DNA of 63,704 bases, filler included, from Reticulomyxa filosa (GCA_000512085.1; 16 parts of 16 records of this genome joined end to end with filler, not necessarily neighbours in it), one strand, 5' to 3'; counted from the first letter of the whole stretch, positions 1-12,328 are shown. The notes: a model not told the origin generated them from the letters alone. Translations and numbers: made by a program.

Positions 1-1392
1 TTCAGACGAAATAACTTGACCACTTGAAAATACTCTCCTTCTTTCTCTTTTTTTTTTTTTTTTTTGAAAGGAGTTAATAAGATGAAAATAATTATAAAAT
101 TCGTTTATTATTATTTTTTTTTTTGGAGTCAGTCTTGGGATATAAGGTTTTCTTGTAATGCCAAAAACAGCAAGGAAAACAAACAAAATACCATTGGCAG
201 ATTGTTGTTGAACTTGAAGAATTTTATTTTCTAGAGCCTCGGAATGCTGGAGTGGGATGATATCATCATTAACGCCGTGGAACAAGTACACTTGCTTGCA
301 TCGCATGCTTTCGACACATTTGATGTTGTCAAACAATTTGACTTTGGATTGTTTGGGACTTTTCGCTCTGTTTTCATGCGACTGATCATTGGAGTCCTTT
401 TCATGCGCATGTTCAGTTTTATTTTCATCTGCATTTGTGCTTGCATGTTCATCTTCATTGTTATGTTTTTTTTGCTTTTCTTGCCGTTTCACAATCGAAT
501 TTTCTTCACCTTCATAGGACGAGGGGCTCTTCCAGCTACCTTTCCCTCTGTTTTTTACTGGCTCCGTCGTTTTGGGAGTGCCATTGCTATTGCTATTGGA
601 ATGATTTGCATCCTTGGCAGGCTCTTCCATTCGTTGCAAGAGATTGGTGAAAAGAGATTTTCCAAATTTTGGAGTGTATTTTTCCTGAGCCAATTGTTGA
701 ATGCTGGAGAAAGGACTGATGAGCACCAACATGTGGTGTTCCCGATGTGCAAGAGCAGAGGCCACTCCAGTTCCAATACTCTGTCCCAAAATGATCAAGC
801 GACTTGGATCCACTCCCAATTTCCCAACAATGAAGTCATACAGATTTTCGCTGTGATCGATCACAGTTTGGGGATTGCAGTCACCTTTCAACATGCCATA
901 CCCCGGATACTCGGCGATAAACACGTGCACGGCTAGCGCTTTCGCGAGGTTTCGATATACTTGTGCAGCTATGCCCAAATCTACTCCATTTCCATGAAAT
1001 GCCAATATCACATGCGATGGCTTGTTACGGTCAAAGCCTGGCACAAACAGCACCAAACTTCCAAATTTGCCCAATATCTTCTGCTCGTTCGTCACATAGT
1101 CTGTTGCCTTTGCCTCTGGATTGTTCTATTTTTATTCCTTATTGCTGTCTTTTTTTTGTTGTTATTATTCGTTCCTCTCGTCTGATACATTTTTTTTTTT
1201 TTTTTTTTTGTCTTGCACTCCCTAACTTCTGCAACTCTTTTTTTTTTTTGGACAAACTTGGAATGGTACAAACAGTAGGCGATCATTGGAAAACGTATCC
1301 CAACTATAAGACGGAGCGTTACTGTCTTGAAGGGGGAACATTGCTGTATTTACGCCTACTTCTGCTACATATTGAGAGAGACCAAAGGCCAT
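1..1392 (-). CDS. ABHD17/ABHD13-like alpha/beta hydrolase, spliced, 3'-truncated at window start
   Basis: My minus-strand translation (absent from the ORF track): MAFG..MFPLQDSNAPSY (exon 1, ATG 1392), then ILAFHGNGVDLG, FIAEYPGYG, LIILGQSIGTG (GxSxG nucleophile), LVLISPFSS, LFHGVNDDIIPLQHS. The + ORF 244..936 is its antisense shadow. Confidence 0.85.
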
Positions 1393-1778
1393 ATTGAAAT
1401 TCGAAAATAGCCGGCGTAATATATATCTTTATAAAAAAGTTTGAAGAATGAACAAATCAAAATTTTGAAGTCATCCTTGTAAGAACTTTGCTGTGTAAAC
1501 TCCAAAAAAGTACTTGAAAAATTACGTTTTGATTTTTAAATGAAAGCAATAAAGTAAATTTCATAAAAATTAAAAGCTGCACAGAAAAAAAAAACAAAGT
1601 TTGCAAAGCTTTATAATAAAGTTTAAAATTATTGAATTGTTAAAAGTGAGAAAAAGGTATAATAAGAATATAACAACACTTTGTTTGATTGTATTTCTTG
1701 TCTTTTGAGTTTAATAATAGGTTATATTTGTATGACGTCAAACTACAGATAAGAAGAAGAAAGGGATTGAATATACAA

Positions 1779-3175
1779 ATGCAGAGCGATATAATGTCAA
1801 CAAAAGCAGAATGGATACGCCAGCGTCAACAAGAAGCATTGAAAAGGCAGCAAATGGAAATTGCAGAAAGAGAATCGGCCAAACAAAAAGCCGAGTTTAA
1901 TTACAATCAAAAATTGCAACGTAATCCGGCTGTGTCGCCAACAAATACTGAAAAGCCAGTGAATACATTATCCGATTTATTCAGACAACGCCCACTACAA
2001 TTTCCACCTGCTCAAAATGGTATTTTTTTAAAAATTCAACGCAAATACCTTTATTTTGTTTGGTTAATAAAAAAAGCGGTTCTTGATGCACGATCAAGAA
2101 ATTATGAGTCCAAAAAGCAGAGGCTCTTGGGAGCGCGTACCACAAACAATGCGAACCCATCTTGCACCTATGACAAGCCAGAAAAAGTCAGTAACGGCAT
2201 ACAACAAACGTTGGCAGTTTTTACTCAATCAGAAGTAAGAGCTGCTCCTCCAATAAATAATACTGTTGAACAAGGAAATCCTCCACAACCGCTACTGATT
2301 GAACAAATTCAATTGAAAAAGCAAACCTCGAGTTTAGCCTTTGTAAAGCAATCAATCATCGAATAATGTGTATTTTACCATTTATTAATAAATTCAATTT
2401 TCTACATAGTTCAAAAGCAAAGAACAATACATTCTTTCAATCAATTTCATTTCTAACAAATTTTCACAAAAGAATTTTTTTTTCATTCCACCCCCTAAAA
2501 ATTTGGATATGATAAGATGTGCCCGAAACCCAAGTTCCTGCGGTAAATGAACGAACTCAGAACGGAAATAGCAAAGACAATTTTCCCGCGGAAAAATGTG
2601 ATCATAACGCGAATATTCTCAAGGCAAACGACCCTCCAATACAGCGTGAAGTACAGATCCATCACATATTAAATGGAATCTTCAGCAAGGATGAAGGTGC
2701 AGAAAAACAACAAAAAAAGAAAACTAAGGAAGAGTACAAGGCAGAGCTGTTGAAGCAAATGACAGAAAGTCAACAGAAAAAACTTTTAGACAAGAAGAAG
2801 CAACTGGGTATTTTGCATTGGCTCGTTTTTAAAAGATTTTTGTCTGGCTCTGTTTTTTTTTTTTTTTTTTTGGAGTTGCAGCAAAAAACAAACCCTTTTG
2901 CAATGAATAGAGCTGGACCGCCAATTACAACTGTAATTTTGATTTTGATTTATTTATTTCTGAAACAATAACTCAAGAAAGAATTGAAAACACAAACAAA
3001 AAATATAGTAGCACCTCTGCAACAAACACAAAAAGCAAACATGAAAACGAAAGTCACGATCAAAGAGAGCAAGGGAGTTTTGTTCAACAGAAGCAAAGCC
3101 CACAAATAATTACCAATGTTGCGGAAACACAAAATCAAAGAATGGAGCGTCAACAGCAGTATCACTTTCCTGGTA
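1779..3175 (+). CDS. Multi-exon coiled-coil hypothetical protein, 3'-truncated; weak CCDC66/CSPP1-like motif
   Basis: Q/E/K-rich exons in ORFs 1689..2366 and 2519..2971, interrupted by T/A-rich GT..AG introns; motif KEEYKAELLKQMTESQQKK. Confidence 0.5.
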
Positions 3176-3212
3176 AAATTTATAGCAACAAAAAAAAGTG
3201 TTTAAAAGAGCC

Positions 3213-3253
<41 letters not shown>
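3213..3253. repeat. (AAT)n microsatellite at contig end
   Basis: Perfect AAT run up to the spacer. Confidence 0.9.
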
Positions 3254-3353
3254 NNNNNNNNNNNNNNNNNNNNNNNNNNNNNNNNNNNNNNNNNNNNTTA
3301 ATTAATTAANNNNNNNNNNNNNNNNNNNNNNNNNNNNNNNNNNNNNNNNNNNN
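3254..3353. other. Artificial contig-joining spacer N44-TTAATTAATTAA-N44 (first of 15)
   Basis: Identical 100-nt spacers start at 3254, 11551, 14412, 18924, 20636, 25834, 28612, 31681, 33575, 35885, 38474, 42688, 45888, 52316 and 62289. The core gives stop codons in all six frames. Confidence 0.98.
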
Positions 3354-3399
3354 TCACAAGCCTTGTTATCAGCTAGTGTGTTTCTGTTTTGCCCGATTT

Positions 3400-4850
3400 T
3401 CACTATATATTACCCGATCCTCGTAGTTCTGCCAAACAGAAAAAACCATTCAAATTCAGATTCATTTTTGGTTGTTTTTATTTTTCATTTGAATGCAATT
3501 GATTGTGGCCAATAGTATTTTTCATTTTGATGCCCATAAACAAGCATTATTCAAACTCGTCTGTAGTTAGTTCAGCTGCAATTGCATTTCTTTTTTCATC
3601 ACTCTACCAACATTTCATGAGATACTTCATTGTTATATAATGATGAATAAATTGGATCATTCGTGAAATCTTGATGGACATTTTGTAAATAACTGATTTT
3701 CATAATATTAATAACAATAAATCATTGATTGTCCACCATTTTTAACATTTGATTGTAGATATTGTCTGGTCGTTATACTTTGTGAGATGAATGTATCTCT
3801 TCCTCAGTGATATCCATTTGATGAAATTTATTCCACTCAGTATATTCCTTCATTTCATTATTTAAAAAAATTATAATAATATCCCCTTTTATCATTGGAA
3901 ACTAAAGCCACTAGTGATAAAACCAAGGGCCCAAATGCATTCCCTTGAAGCATCCTGGCAAAGATAATACATGCCAGAAATTCGCGAGTAGCTTCGGCTC
4001 CGAACGAACAACCCCCGAAGGCTCAGCAAAGACCAAAAATGCTTCAACAATTTTTTTTTATTTTTGAGTGCTATAGGTAACTACTTTCTTGTTATCATTC
4101 CTTCAATTAAAGACTATTTCTTTTAACTGCATTACTTTGGTGGATTTTATGCTGAAGAACAGATAACAGCTACCTTACCAAAATAAACTGCAATAAATAA
4201 GCCACCAAAAAAAGGACCAAAATGAGTAATACAATATTCAAACTACTATTTAAAAATTTTGTACTATAAAAATTTTCAAGTAGTAAAAAAGTTTCTTTTT
4301 GATCTTGTCGTTTGTTCTTTACTTTGCGAAATTTCTTGACGATACTCGTTTCGAAATATATAATCTCGATTTTCCAAAATACTTTCAAAAATACTTAAAT
4401 GTTGAATTATCTTGTAACTTCAAACGTTTTCATTCAAAATACAACTTTTTTGGCAAAAGTTAATATCGATGATGAATGTAGTTGAAATAATTTTTTTAAA
4501 ATAATATATTGAAGAACATTCGCTCATTTGAATTCACTGCAAGAATAATTGTTTCATATTACATTCTTACATTTATCCAATTGATTTTATCAAATATTTT
4601 TGCTTTTCTTGTTTCAATATTCTTCAATTCATCCATTGCTTTCTTGTATTTCCAATAATTTACTTTGTTCTATTATTCTAAATTTCCTTTTCAATTGATG
4701 CATTGATTCACAATATACACAAAATAAATTGCGTTATCTCTTGATCAGGGCATATCACATTTAAACTATCAAGTTTTTTATTTTTTAGACACTTGAATTT
4801 GTTAACAATATCAATTTCTTCTTTCTTATTTTTGATCATTTTTTCCATTT
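3400..4850 (-). pseudogene. Decayed coding relics of unknown family
   Basis: Short protein-like stretches (e.g. LFTKCPSRFHE, K/E-rich segments) broken by stops and frameshifts; no intact ORF. Confidence 0.3.
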
Positions 4851-5572
4851 TTTACAACATTATGCCGCAAAAGCAACAAAAAATAAATTTTTTGTGTTTT
4901 GTGTGTCACTTAAAATTTAAAATATTTTTCTTTTGGTTACGCAGATGTATATACAGCATTAAGTAAATTTAATTGATAAATCAAACCAAAAGTCCTGGCA
5001 CACTAAAATGACACCTTATGAAAATGATCGATTTTCTAAGTCAAAAATCTATTTTGCTTCATTAATTTTTGTAATTTTTTTTAGCTAATTTTATATTGTT
5101 TACTTTTTAAAAAATTTTTGAAAGTTTATTTTTACTATTTGTTTCATTTTTTTGTTGTCAAAGTGTTTCAGCTTATCATGATAGCTTTATTGTGCTTTTT
5201 TTTAAGTGTTATTAACATTTTGACTGTGATGATTTTTGGCAATTGCATTTTTGTGCTAATGAACTTTTTTATTTGCATGTGCTTTGTCTATGTTATTATA
5301 TTATGTTTCATGATTAAGTAAAATAATTTTATTAAATAGTATTATTTATAATTGAAATAATTATGAAATTGAAAATGCGATTTTGCTTGTGCTTACAAAT
5401 ACGCAAAGCGCTATTTGCAATGTGTGGTTAAATAAAAGTTATTGCAATATAATTTTAATGTTATACTATGAATAAAGTTTGTTTTTTAGATCTGGTTTTG
5501 TGAGGCGATTGTGTTTGTCGCCTGTTGCTAAGAAAGGTTTAACCTTTTTATATTATTTAATTTACTTGGAAA

Positions 5573-6478
5573 ATGACAACAGCTCATAAACCAACATTCC
5601 ATCCAGCTGTAGGTTCATCTAATCAGGGTGGGTATCGATATATGGCCCCTCGACGGCAAGTGTCAAGCCGAGATTTGCCAGGACAGTTGGCAATGAAACT
5701 GAGACAGCCTGGACAAAACACTGCTCAAGAACTAGCACAAAGAAATTTGAAAGCAGAATTGGAAGCAAAAGAGGTTGCATATGAAAATCAAAGAAATATG
5801 GACCGAGCCAAACAAGGCCTGCTCCCAGAGCCTGACTTTAAGCACAAAGCGATTACACACAATGAAAAACATCATAACGACACAATGTTAGCTATTGCTT
5901 ACAATCATCCAGAGGGGCTCGCGGAATTTGATGACAGCGACGATCCTATCGAAGATGCGGACAATGAAAACACAAGCGCACAGGACAATGATTCGAATAA
6001 CAACTCTGACATGTCAGTGAATCAGCGCGAATAATTATCCAAAAAAAGTGCGAAATTTCTGAGACAAAATTGAGGGGAGAAAGGAAAAGCTTTTTTTTGT
6101 GATTATATTTAAAAACCTTTGTATAGTGACAGTGACGATGAAGAGGCGCTTCTGAAGGCTGAGCTGGAAGCTATAAGAAAAGAAAAAAGAGTAGCAAAAG
6201 AAAGGGAGGAGGAAATGGAAAGAAAACGCCAAGAAATGGTTCAAGATGAAGCAATAAAGACTGGAAATCCGTTGATGTCAGAGCAATGGAATGGTATAAA
6301 CTTGGGCAACGCATCCAGACCTAATGACAATGATGGAAGTTTTAATGTGAAAAAAAGTTGGACTGAGGATACAGTATTTCGAAACCAGGCGCCAAATAAA
6401 CCTACCCAACATCGCTTTATTAATGATACGATTCGAAGTGATTTTCATAAAAAATTTATGCAGCGCTATATCAAATGA
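5573..6478 (+). CDS. CWC15: Spliceosome-associated protein CWC15 (2 exons; intron 6013..6126)
   Basis: N-term MTTAHKPTFHPAVG..SSRDLPGQLAMKLRQPGQ; C-term VKKSWTEDTVFRNQA..FINDTIRSDFHKKFMQRYIK; the GT..AG intron joins the two frames. Confidence 0.95.
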
Positions 6479-6890
6479 TTTTGAACATATTACAAAAAAA
6501 CAAACCAAAACTCTGTCTTCTTTTGCTTCAAGCAACCTAATATTTTCGGTAAACTTTCGGAGTGGCGAAATATCACATTGCAATTCGAAGATTCTTTTTT
6601 TTCTCTTACTAAAGAGGAGTCATTGCTTTTAAAAAATTTTATTTTATTTTCCTCACTAGTCTCAATTTTATTGTAATGGCTCAATTCAAAATAAAAATAT
6701 TGTTGCTGCCCGTATTTCACTTTTTTGTGTTATCAAAACAATCGTACCAGGACATTTTCTTGGATAAATGCCAAAGTTCGGTCTGTTTTTAGTTTTTGGA
6801 CTGTCGGCCCCATTGGTTTTATTACTTGTGATAGCCTAGCAGCTTTTTTATAATACAATAGTTATTTGACCAACTAGCGCAAATAAAAGA

Positions 6891-7608
6891 ATGTCCAAGA
6901 CAGACAAAGAAGAGAAAACCCAAGTTCAAGAGGAAACTGGCGGGCTCGACGAAGAAGAACAAATCGAACTGCAATTAAAATCACAAGATGGGCTGAGTTT
7001 TCCTGTGAAGAAAGACATCGCCATGCACTCTGCACTTATCAAAACTATATGGAGTGGTTAGTCAACTTTTATACACGTATTTTTATGAGTGTTTTAGCTT
7101 GATGGACAAGTGCACGGGGAATCGGATCAAAAAAAGGGGTTTGACTTTGTTAAATAGGTGACAAGACAGAAACGGAAATTCCTTTGCCCAACGTAAGGAG
7201 CAGCATATTGAAACGTGTGATAAATTTTATGGAATATCACCATCAAACACCAATGAAAGAAATTGAGAAGCCTTTGAAATCTTCAAATATGAGAGAAGTT
7301 CTTAAAATTTTTAACATGTATTTTTTAGTTTATACGTAGTTCTTTCCTTTAATTCTTTTAAATAGGTCGTGCCCGAGTGGGACGCAAACTTTGTGGAAGT
7401 TGATCAGGAAACATTGTTTGAGCTGATACTGGCTGCCAATTACATGGACATTAAGCCATTGCTAGATTTGACGTGTGCTAAAGTGGCATCCATGTTAAAA
7501 GGCAAGACACCAGAACAAATAAGAAAACAATTCAACATTGCAAATGATTTTACACCAGAAGAAGAAGAGGCTGTCAGGGCTGAAAACAAATGGGCTGAAG
7601 ACTCATGA
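6891..7608 (+). CDS. SKP1: SKP1 (SCF ubiquitin-ligase adaptor), 3 exons
   Basis: [106 protein letters not shown]. Confidence 0.97.
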
Positions 7609-8187
7609 AGGGGGGAACATTTTGATAAAATTGGCGCAGCGTTTGTGAAATAGGTGAATGCCTTTTTTCCTTATTAAAAAAACTTGTCCCAACAAGTTGT
7701 TCATTTCACTCCTGAACAAAATAAAATAGTAAATAAATGTACAAATCAAATTGAAATTTTTGTTCATCATAACTGCAAACTGAATTGGAACCTTACTTTT
7801 TTTTTGTCTAAGAGATCTTTTGAAAAGAGGTAAATTCTGTAAGATAGAATTCCTTTGATAATAAAAAATCGGGCTTCTTTTAAAGTTTGAATGTGGATCC
7901 AATAACACAATCGACCGCGAATGCTTATGAAACTAATATTTAATTTTGAAAATCAGAAATTATAACAACGAAAGGAAACATGCTTTTGTTATTAAAAAAT
8001 AACTTTAATTGTGCAGGGTAAGAAAATATTTTGGATTAAAATATTTGAGATTTTTGAACGTGATGGAAGAAAAGAAGACAATTTTTTCCTTTTCTTGTTT
8101 TTTATTAATAAACCAAAAAAAGTGTTTGAGAAGAAAACGACGCTTATGAGATATATTTGGTCGTTTGTTCTTTCCAAATGTAGATAA

Positions 8188-9068
8188 TCATCTCTTTCCT
8201 TTTTTGGATTTAATCTCTCTGACTTCTTTGTCATAACGGATACCTTGACCTTGCTTGTTCAATTTTTTGATCCTTTTCAAAGCAGCAGCAATATTACCAA
8301 CTTGTTCGATATCCATACCTCTAACGATGATAGGAATTCCTGTGTCATCACCCTCTAATACTTGAAATGAGCTTCCGATAGGTGCCCATACTTCAACGGG
8401 TTGTCGATAGCCACATCTCAAAATTAATTTGCGTTTATCTTTGTCATCAAGAGTAGCACGATAGCCTTTTCCAAGCAATCGCAGCCTCTTTTCCCATCCA
8501 CATGTCACTCCATATATCATACTCTTTATTGATGCCGATGTTGTCATTGATTGCATACGACGGTCCGTACTTGAGGGCCATCTTGGTTTGTGAGTGCATA
8601 CTTTGCCATCCTGCAATCAGCATAGTTTTGAAAAAAAAAATTATTATCACTGTTATAAAACAAAAGGTAAAGTACAAATTAGTGTTTTTTTTTTAATGCT
8701 GATGTTGTTGACAAAGCATAAAAACAAAACAGATTTGAAATGACTTGAATTATTGCTAAATCACCACACAATCTCCGCCGAATGGTTCCTAAAGGTCCTG
8801 TTACTGTTACCATTGCTCCGCGAAATGCTGTTACTTGCCTTTGCACTGGTTTATAAAAATTGGGTTGAAAGTATACAAAGACCCCGCGAGGTACAGGTAA
8901 TGTACGCCAGGCATAGCTCTTTGTGCGGTCTCTTACTAACACCATTTGTTGAGGAGTTTTGTCGTTAGCTAACGTGGGACATGAAGATTCTGGAATCTTC
9001 AATGGCGGAAGTTGTTTTGGAAGACTTGGGACAATAGAGCGAACACTACGAAGATTGGATCTTGGCAT
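8188..9068 (-). CDS. MRPL6: Bacterial-type (mitochondrial) ribosomal protein uL6, nuclear-encoded, 2 exons
   Basis: VTVTGPLGTI; IKSMIYGVTCGWEKRLRLLGKGYRA; LILRCGY; VRGMDIEQVGNIAAALKRIK..GQGIRY; R/S-rich N-terminal extension. Confidence 0.85.
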
Positions 9069-9507
9069 TTGGACTTTTCTTTATATTACTTGCTATTTTA
9101 TTTAATTGTCCTTGCCCCTTCTTGTCTGTTAGACTCAAAAGGAAAAACTCTGTATTTTCTCGGAAAGTGGCCTTGTTTTTTTGGTATATGCCATTGAAAT
9201 GATGTTTTATAAAAATTTGACAAAAAAGTGTTGATAGTTGTGCACAATAGGAAAACTTTGGTTTGTAAAATTGAGCAAACACGGCAAAGATTGGGAAAAA
9301 AATAAAGTGTAGTGAAAATACTTGCAATGTTATTTGAACAAAAATAATGTGAAAAAAAAGTGAGAGTGGATCTTGAAACAAATATTATCAAACAGATCAC
9401 GTAATAGACAATATAGATTTATAACGTAAAATGAATTTAAGATTTTTCAGTGGGGCTCTCTTCCAACACAATGATTTCTTTTCCTTGTTGTGTCCGTGTT
9501 TCGTGCT

Positions 9508-10925
9508 TTATTGTTTGTCTCCGTTCTCTTCTTTGTTTTCTTCCTTGGATTTGTTTTTCGAGTCTTTGCTTTTGCTCCACTCTTTTTTTTTCTCTTTCTT
9601 TTGTATATTTTTGTGCTCGCCTTCCTTGTTTTTTTTCTTTACCACTGTTGATATTTTTTTCTTTTTTCTTTGTGTTTTATCCTCTTCTTTCGCACGTTCT
9701 TCTCTCTCTTTTTCTTCTTGTTCTTCTTCCTGTTCTTCTTCCTGTTCTTCTTCCTGTTCTTTATCTTCCTTTTCTTCCCCCTCTTCTTCATCTCCCTCTT
9801 CTTCTTCTTCTCTCTCTTCTTCATCTCCCTCTTCTTCATCCCCCTCTTCTTCTTCTTCCCTCTCTTCTTCTTCTTCTTCTTCTTCTTCTTCCTCCTCTTC
9901 ATCATCGCTTCGACCATCTTCCTCTTCTTCATTGAAATAAAGGGGTGCCTCCGATGTTGGAGGGTCACTTGCTTGCATTTGTTTATACGTTCGCTTTCGG
10001 CTGTGTTTGCAACAATATAGCAAACACGTACTGATATATGCAGATACAAGTATCAATAAAACTTTTTCAAAAAAACAAACGTGACGACGTCATAGGCGAG
10101 GATGCGTAGTTTCAAATAAAGCTTGAAATTGCGAAGGGAGCTAAGCTTTTTTGAAGGACACAACGGGACGACAACGGCGTTGGAATCGCGATGTAAGGTC
10201 ACAGTGTTGATAGGATGTTCGTCGTTGTTATAATAATCATAATCATAATCGTCATCGTCGTCATCGTCATCGTTACCTTTGTCATTGCCTTTTGTGTCAA
10301 CCTGCACGCTAGGGGTCGGCACAGGAGCAAGAACGGAGGCACTTTCTGAGATGGTGCCAGTACACGCAACTTCGGATGCATGGTTAGACTCAGGGACAAC
10401 GGAGCCAGTACTTTCGAGAGGGACAAGTTCAGGGACAGAAGGAACAGAGGCAGAAATCGAAGTAGGAGTCGGAACTGAAATAGAGGCAGAAGCAGAAGTT
10501 GGAGTCGGAACTGAAACAGAGGCAGAAGCAGGAATGGGAACAAAGGAAAAGTGAGCCGTTGGTGGCAACGGGGTTTGGGGTGGAGTAATATGGGAGTTCG
10601 CAGTTCTGATTTTAAAGGAGATGCCCAGCGAATCACAATAGAGGAAACATAGGGCTTGAAGTGAGGCAATTCTTGGAGTGAAATCCTGATCCCACACAAT
10701 CCGAACATAGGCATCTGTTTCTTTGGTTTTCTTTGGGTTTTTTTCTAGCCCTTTTGGAAATAATTGCATGTACCAGCATGTTCCTTCGGGCCCTTCCAGG
10801 CACATACTTGATGCGCACTGTTCTGCTTTCATCCTTCGAAGCTCGTTTACCAACATTTCATTTACTGACCATACACACATCTTTGTTACTTTTAGGTTTA
10901 CTTTTACTCGTTGGTGTGATTGCAT
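9508..10925 (-). CDS. MATH/TRAF-like domain protein with internal low-complexity insertion and long Glu-rich tail (2 exons)
   Basis: CVWSV..SSMCLEGPEGTCWYMQLFPKG..AYVRI resembles MATH strands; FKLYLKLRIL resembles the last strand; second exon encodes poly-E followed by a K-rich tail. Confidence 0.5.
9700..9905 (-). repeat. Coding GAA/GAG repeats (EEEGD/QEEE units)
   Basis: Purine-rich tandem repeats on the minus strand; these explain the spurious overlapping ORFs at 9431-10049. Confidence 0.85.
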
Positions 10926-11650
10926 TGTAAAGTAGATCTTTTTTTCACGTTTTAAAAGTGTTAATCACTGGAAAACACAGTTACAACAGATGACTTGTTT
11001 ATCAAACAAAGAAAGTTTTTTCATTTTGTTGGGAACCCTTCGCTTCTTTTTGTTTCTCAAGACGGACTAACATTGTTTTCAAAATAGGTAAGATTTTAGG
11101 CGTTTTAGATTTTGTGTGCTACACTCAATGTTGTAAATTGATTCGAACAAAACAAACTGAGCGTTTCTCAAAAGTGACAAGAATATGAAAAACTTAAAAA
11201 ATATCACAAAAATTGCTGTAACATTTTTTTGCGAGAAGTGTCAGCAAAGCAACGAAATGAACTGCTTTTTCTTGTTTGACGGCTAGGTTTTTTTGAAGAC
11301 AACCTTTTGCAATCAGCAAAGGGCTTGTTTGATAAAATATAATCAAGATAATTGCGTTGACAAAGCCAAAACATTTCTTTGAGCGCGAAGCATTTATTTC
11401 TAATGTCAAAGAGCAAAAAATACGTAAACTTTGAAGCAATCATTCATAAATACTATGAAATGGTGCGTCGGAAGGTAACAAGATTGAGTTGAACCTTTTT
11501 TTTGGAGGAGAACAGGAGGAAGAAAAGGAATATTTTTTTTGGGATGAGTTNNNNNNNNNNNNNNNNNNNNNNNNNNNNNNNNNNNNNNNNNNNNTTAATT
11601 AATTAANNNNNNNNNNNNNNNNNNNNNNNNNNNNNNNNNNNNNNNNNNNN

Positions 11651-12328
11651 CAGAACATAAATATCTACCACTATTAAATGGTGAAAATTCAATATCACCA
11701 ACACCTCTTTGATGTTCATCGAATGCTTGCAATTGTTGATTATTTTCGAAATCCCAAAAAAGAATTCTATTGTCATTTGATGAAGAGCAGATAACATTAC
11801 GATTATGAATATAATGGTATTGTGAAAATTTCACACTATATACTGCAGATAAATGCTCATTGAATGATTGAATTTGTTTGTTGGTCTCTACATTCCATAT
11901 ACGAACTGTTTTATCAACTGATCCAGAACAAATGAATTGACTGTCATCAAATGCGAAATAATCAATGCTGTACACACTACCGGTGTGTCCATTGAATGTT
12001 TTAAGTAATTCAGCCGAAGAACGAAACGTATCAAGCATGAAGATACTGGTGGCCTGTGTCAAATAGTGATTATGTACAATAACAGCAAATAAATATTTGA
12101 ACATTGAATGAAAAATACAAAATAAAACATAACATAATTGACAACAAGTTTGTCAAAATCCTGAATCCATCCTAATTTAATTTTTAATATTCGAATCCAA
12201 TGTTGAATAATTAATTGAATTTCTTCTTCTGACTGATCAATACATACAGTAAAAACAATAAACAACTAAAGACAATTATCTTGAACTAAAGTTACCAATA
12301 GTTGTTTTTCATTGCCAACAGTGGTCAT
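11651..12328 (-). CDS. WD40-repeat protein with N-terminal box exon, 3'-truncated (exons 12328-12296, 12232-12134, 12053-<11651)
   Basis: MTTVGNEKQLL|SEEEIQLIIQHWIRILKIKLGWIQDFDKLVVNY|ATSIFML..GHTGSVYSIDY..ICSGSVDKTVRIWN; all introns GT..AG, phase 0. Confidence 0.9.

Noticed and set aside
244-936. 230-aa hydrophobic + strand ORF
   Set aside because: Antisense shadow of the minus-strand hydrolase.
9431-10049. Several overlapping poly-S, poly-L, poly-F and poly-K ORFs
   Set aside because: Alternative frames of the Glu-codon repeat.
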